Origin: Opitutales bacterium
GTDB lineage: Bacteria; Verrucomicrobiota; Verrucomicrobiia; Opitutales; PNEW01
Length of the DNA stretch: 64,000 nt
Direction of reading: 5' to 3'
NCBI GenBank assembly: GCA_965197745.1
Contig: CBDANS010000007.1
Location: 864,001 to 928,000, forward strand
In this document: positions 61,751 to 64,000 of the stretch, piece after piece
Layout of the letters: each line of letters opens with the position of its first letter
Position numbering within the stretch: the stretch's first letter is position 1
Notes under the pieces: generated by a model
Told to the model about the DNA's origin: nothing
What the model saw: the letters and a program-made list of their open reading frames with translations, nothing else
Databases searched by the model: none
Translations under genes and position numbers: made by a program

Positions 61751-63958
61751 TCACTCGATAGTGATCTCTTCAGTCGTAACCTCGATCGCGTCCCCATCTT
61801 CGTTGGCGAAGGTGGCATCGATGCTCAGTGTTGGTTGAGGCGTTTCGTCAGACTTGAAGTTGTTCTGGGTGATCAGGGTCTCAAACCCGGTCGTTGTTGA
61901 TCCACTCTCCGCGACGACAACCGCAGCGCCATTCGTCTGCATCAGGTCTCCTCCGGTGATACGCATCCCCGGGTTGCCCGCCGGTACCGTGAAGGACCCA
62001 TCTCCGAACAGGAGGTGCGGCACCGCATCACCATCGGCGTCGATGTCGCCCACCGTTAAGCGTACCGCGATCGGCACACCGCGTGCATCGAAGCCCACCT
62101 TGCCGGTGCTTCCACTGAATACGGCATTCGATAACTGTACCCCTCCCAATCCCGTGGAGTTGACTACTTCCACGAGGGCCACGTCGGCCTGGGCGTCATA
62201 GACTTGTCCTTCGGGGAACAGTGCCTGGTTAAAGGCGTTGATCTTGCCCACCGTGAAGATGCTGAAGAAGGTATTGGCGTCTGCTCCATCGATGACCACG
62301 CTGGGTTTGCCGGTAACGTACTCGACTGCCTGGTTGTAGCGCGGGGGAATGGCCGGGGGCAGGAAGGTGGCTGGATCGAGGGTTACGGTAAAGGTACCAT
62401 TACCTGAAAATTCTACCTGTACAATGTCCTCGTTTTCGTCCATGAAAGAGACGCGGGTAATCTGTCCCGGTTTGGCCTGGAGTTGGACGGACTCTCCGGT
62501 GAGTAATATCTGGTCGAAGACGTTGCCGTTGGCATGCTGAATGTTTTCTCCAGCGATGTCTCCTGAGCCGTCGAGGACGAGGGGTACGGAGGGAGCGGCC
62601 ACGGTGATAGTCGCGGTATCGCTGTCAGCGGTGCTGACGGCATTTGTAACCTGTACCCAGTAGTTCGTGCTCTCGGTGAGCGCACCTGTAGTAAGCGTGC
62701 TACCGGTGGCCCCGGCGACGGGAGCAGCGGTGTTACCGCTATTGCCAGTATACCACTGGTAAGTGAGATCGTCACCGCTGGCGGCAACGGACAAGCTCGC
62801 CGCTGCGCCGGATGCGACTTCCTGGCTCGCGGGCTGGGTGGTGATAGCGGGAGCATCCGCGGGTGGGGGACCCTCGGAGCCGGTGCCAGGAGCACCGATA
62901 GGGGTAAACCCGAAGTCATCTATACTACTTCGGCTGAAAGCAGGGTTTATATCAGGATCATCCTTTAAAACAACCCTGCTGATGCCGTTTGGAGCACCCA
63001 ATTCTACCGCATTGATTGATATAAAACCGGGTTTAAATTGAGGTTTAATATCTCCTTCAAAATCAGTAAAAGTGGCGATCAGGTTATCATTCGTATCGTA
63101 GACTTCGAGCGAGGTATCGGGATCGGTGCCGCCAGCAAGAACAATTGTCCCCCCAAAAAAATCGACTTCATAAGCTGGTGTTTCAAAGGTGATCGTTGCG
63201 GACTCTCCATTAAATACCTGAAAAGCAAAAAGCCCCGAACGTATAAGATCACCTGCTGCGATAAAACCATTTTCAAAGGTGACCCTGAATGGCGATTCCC
63301 CAATTATAATAGGTGCTGAAATGCCGACACCCACACTGAATTCCTCAAAAGTGGTGTATACTGTATTATTGGAGGGTTTGTCCGTCAGGGTTACACCCAG
63401 ATCGTCGAGGGAAAATTTTCCAGAAACATTGAAGACCTTCATTTCTTCGATCCCATCGAGAAAATCAAAATCGGTTGTATCTATGAAGAGGTTACTGTCG
63501 GAGACAAATCTATATAATGGGGGGTTGGCGCTGGGGTTGATATCGGTGGGCAGTCCTTCTACGACGCCATTGTCTGCAATAACAGTTATAGCTTCAAGAC
63601 CGGAGGAGGAACTGGTCGCATTGATTTTTCCTCTAAACTCAATCTTACCTGCACCTGTCGATTCTCCCGCATAAAATTGAATTAGTCGGATACCTCTTTC
63701 CGATACAATTCTCCCTTCCTCACCGGGGCCTAGGGTAATTGCTTTTGTTCCCGAATGTAAAAGCGTCGGATCTTCTAAAGTTTCAACCGTGAAGCCGACT
63801 AATTTTACCCTGTTTGGCTCTTCCCCAATGAAAATATCACCTTCACCGCTGATGTTTTCGAAATCCGTAAATATTTCCAGTTCTTCCGGGAGAGCTGCGA
63901 GCAGAAGAGGAATTGTGAATGCTATTAATGATATAGCGGCGCGATTTATTAAATGCAT
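61751..63958 (-). CDS. Secreted/surface protein paralogue 3
   Basis: Signal peptide; N-terminal half distantly related to paralogues 1 and 2; C-terminal 372 aa nearly identical to them. Confidence 0.88.
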   Translation of the reverse strand: MHLINRAAISLIAFTIPLLLAALPEELEIFTDFENISGEGDIFIGEEPNRVKLVGFTVETLEDPTLLHSGTKAITLGPGEEGRIVSERGIRLIQFYAGESTGAGKIEFRGKINATSSSSGLEAITVIADNGVVEGLPTDINPSANPPLYRFVSDSNLFIDTTDFDFLDGIEEMKVFNVSGKFSLDDLGVTLTDKPSNNTVYTTFEEFSVGVGISAPIIIGESPFRVTFENGFIAAGDLIRSGLFAFQVFNGESATITFETPAYEVDFFGGTIVLAGGTDPDTSLEVYDTNDNLIATFTDFEGDIKPQFKPGFISINAVELGAPNGISRVVLKDDPDINPAFSRSSIDDFGFTPIGAPGTGSEGPPPADAPAITTQPASQEVASGAAASLSVAASGDDLTYQWYTGNSGNTAAPVAGATGSTLTTGALTESTNYWVQVTNAVSTADSDTATITVAAPSVPLVLDGSGDIAGENIQHANGNVFDQILLTGESVQLQAKPGQITRVSFMDENEDIVQVEFSGNGTFTVTLDPATFLPPAIPPRYNQAVEYVTGKPSVVIDGADANTFFSIFTVGKINAFNQALFPEGQVYDAQADVALVEVVNSTGLGGVQLSNAVFSGSTGKVGFDARGVPIAVRLTVGDIDADGDAVPHLLFGDGSFTVPAGNPGMRITGGDLMQTNGAAVVVAESGSTTTGFETLITQNNFKSDETPQPTLSIDATFANEDGDAIEVTTEEITIE

Positions 63959-64000
63959 TTAGATCCTTCTAATATTATATACACTTTATAATTAAATCCC

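Noticed and set aside
61334..61838. Short ORFs 61334-61558 and 61590-61838
   Set aside because: They are translations of the composite repeat and of the antisense strand of paralogue 3.
1..64000. tRNA, rRNA, prophage, transposase or defence genes
   Set aside because: None was recognisable by eye; a tRNAscan/Rfam/DefenseFinder run would be needed to exclude them formally.

Overview
A 64-kb bacterial chromosomal window, mostly AT-leaning with GC-richer patches. Several gene families recall Verrucomicrobiota/Opitutales; this is my inference and was not checked by a search. It holds about 50 mostly metabolic, transport and signalling genes. I found no rRNA, tRNA, CRISPR array, integrase or transposase. 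The most striking structure is a family of three secreted ~740-aa paralogues (22760-25012 +, 25204-27447 +, 61751-63958 -). Each has a variable N-terminal double domain fused to a near-identical, GC-rich, indel-free 1119-nt Ig + C-terminal module that looks homogenised by recombination. Other notable items: a thiaminase I homologue with both catalytic residues; a REC-AraC-REC locus and three HTH-less NarL-type receivers; a degenerate integron-cassette-like run at about 53.4-55.4 kb that includes an A-AAA-AAG -1 frameshift; a GH32 lacking its acid/base Glu; a sulfatase pseudogene; a P450 remnant; a 217-bp tandem duplication; and several families of small palindromic intergenic repeats that pile up and nest at particular sites.
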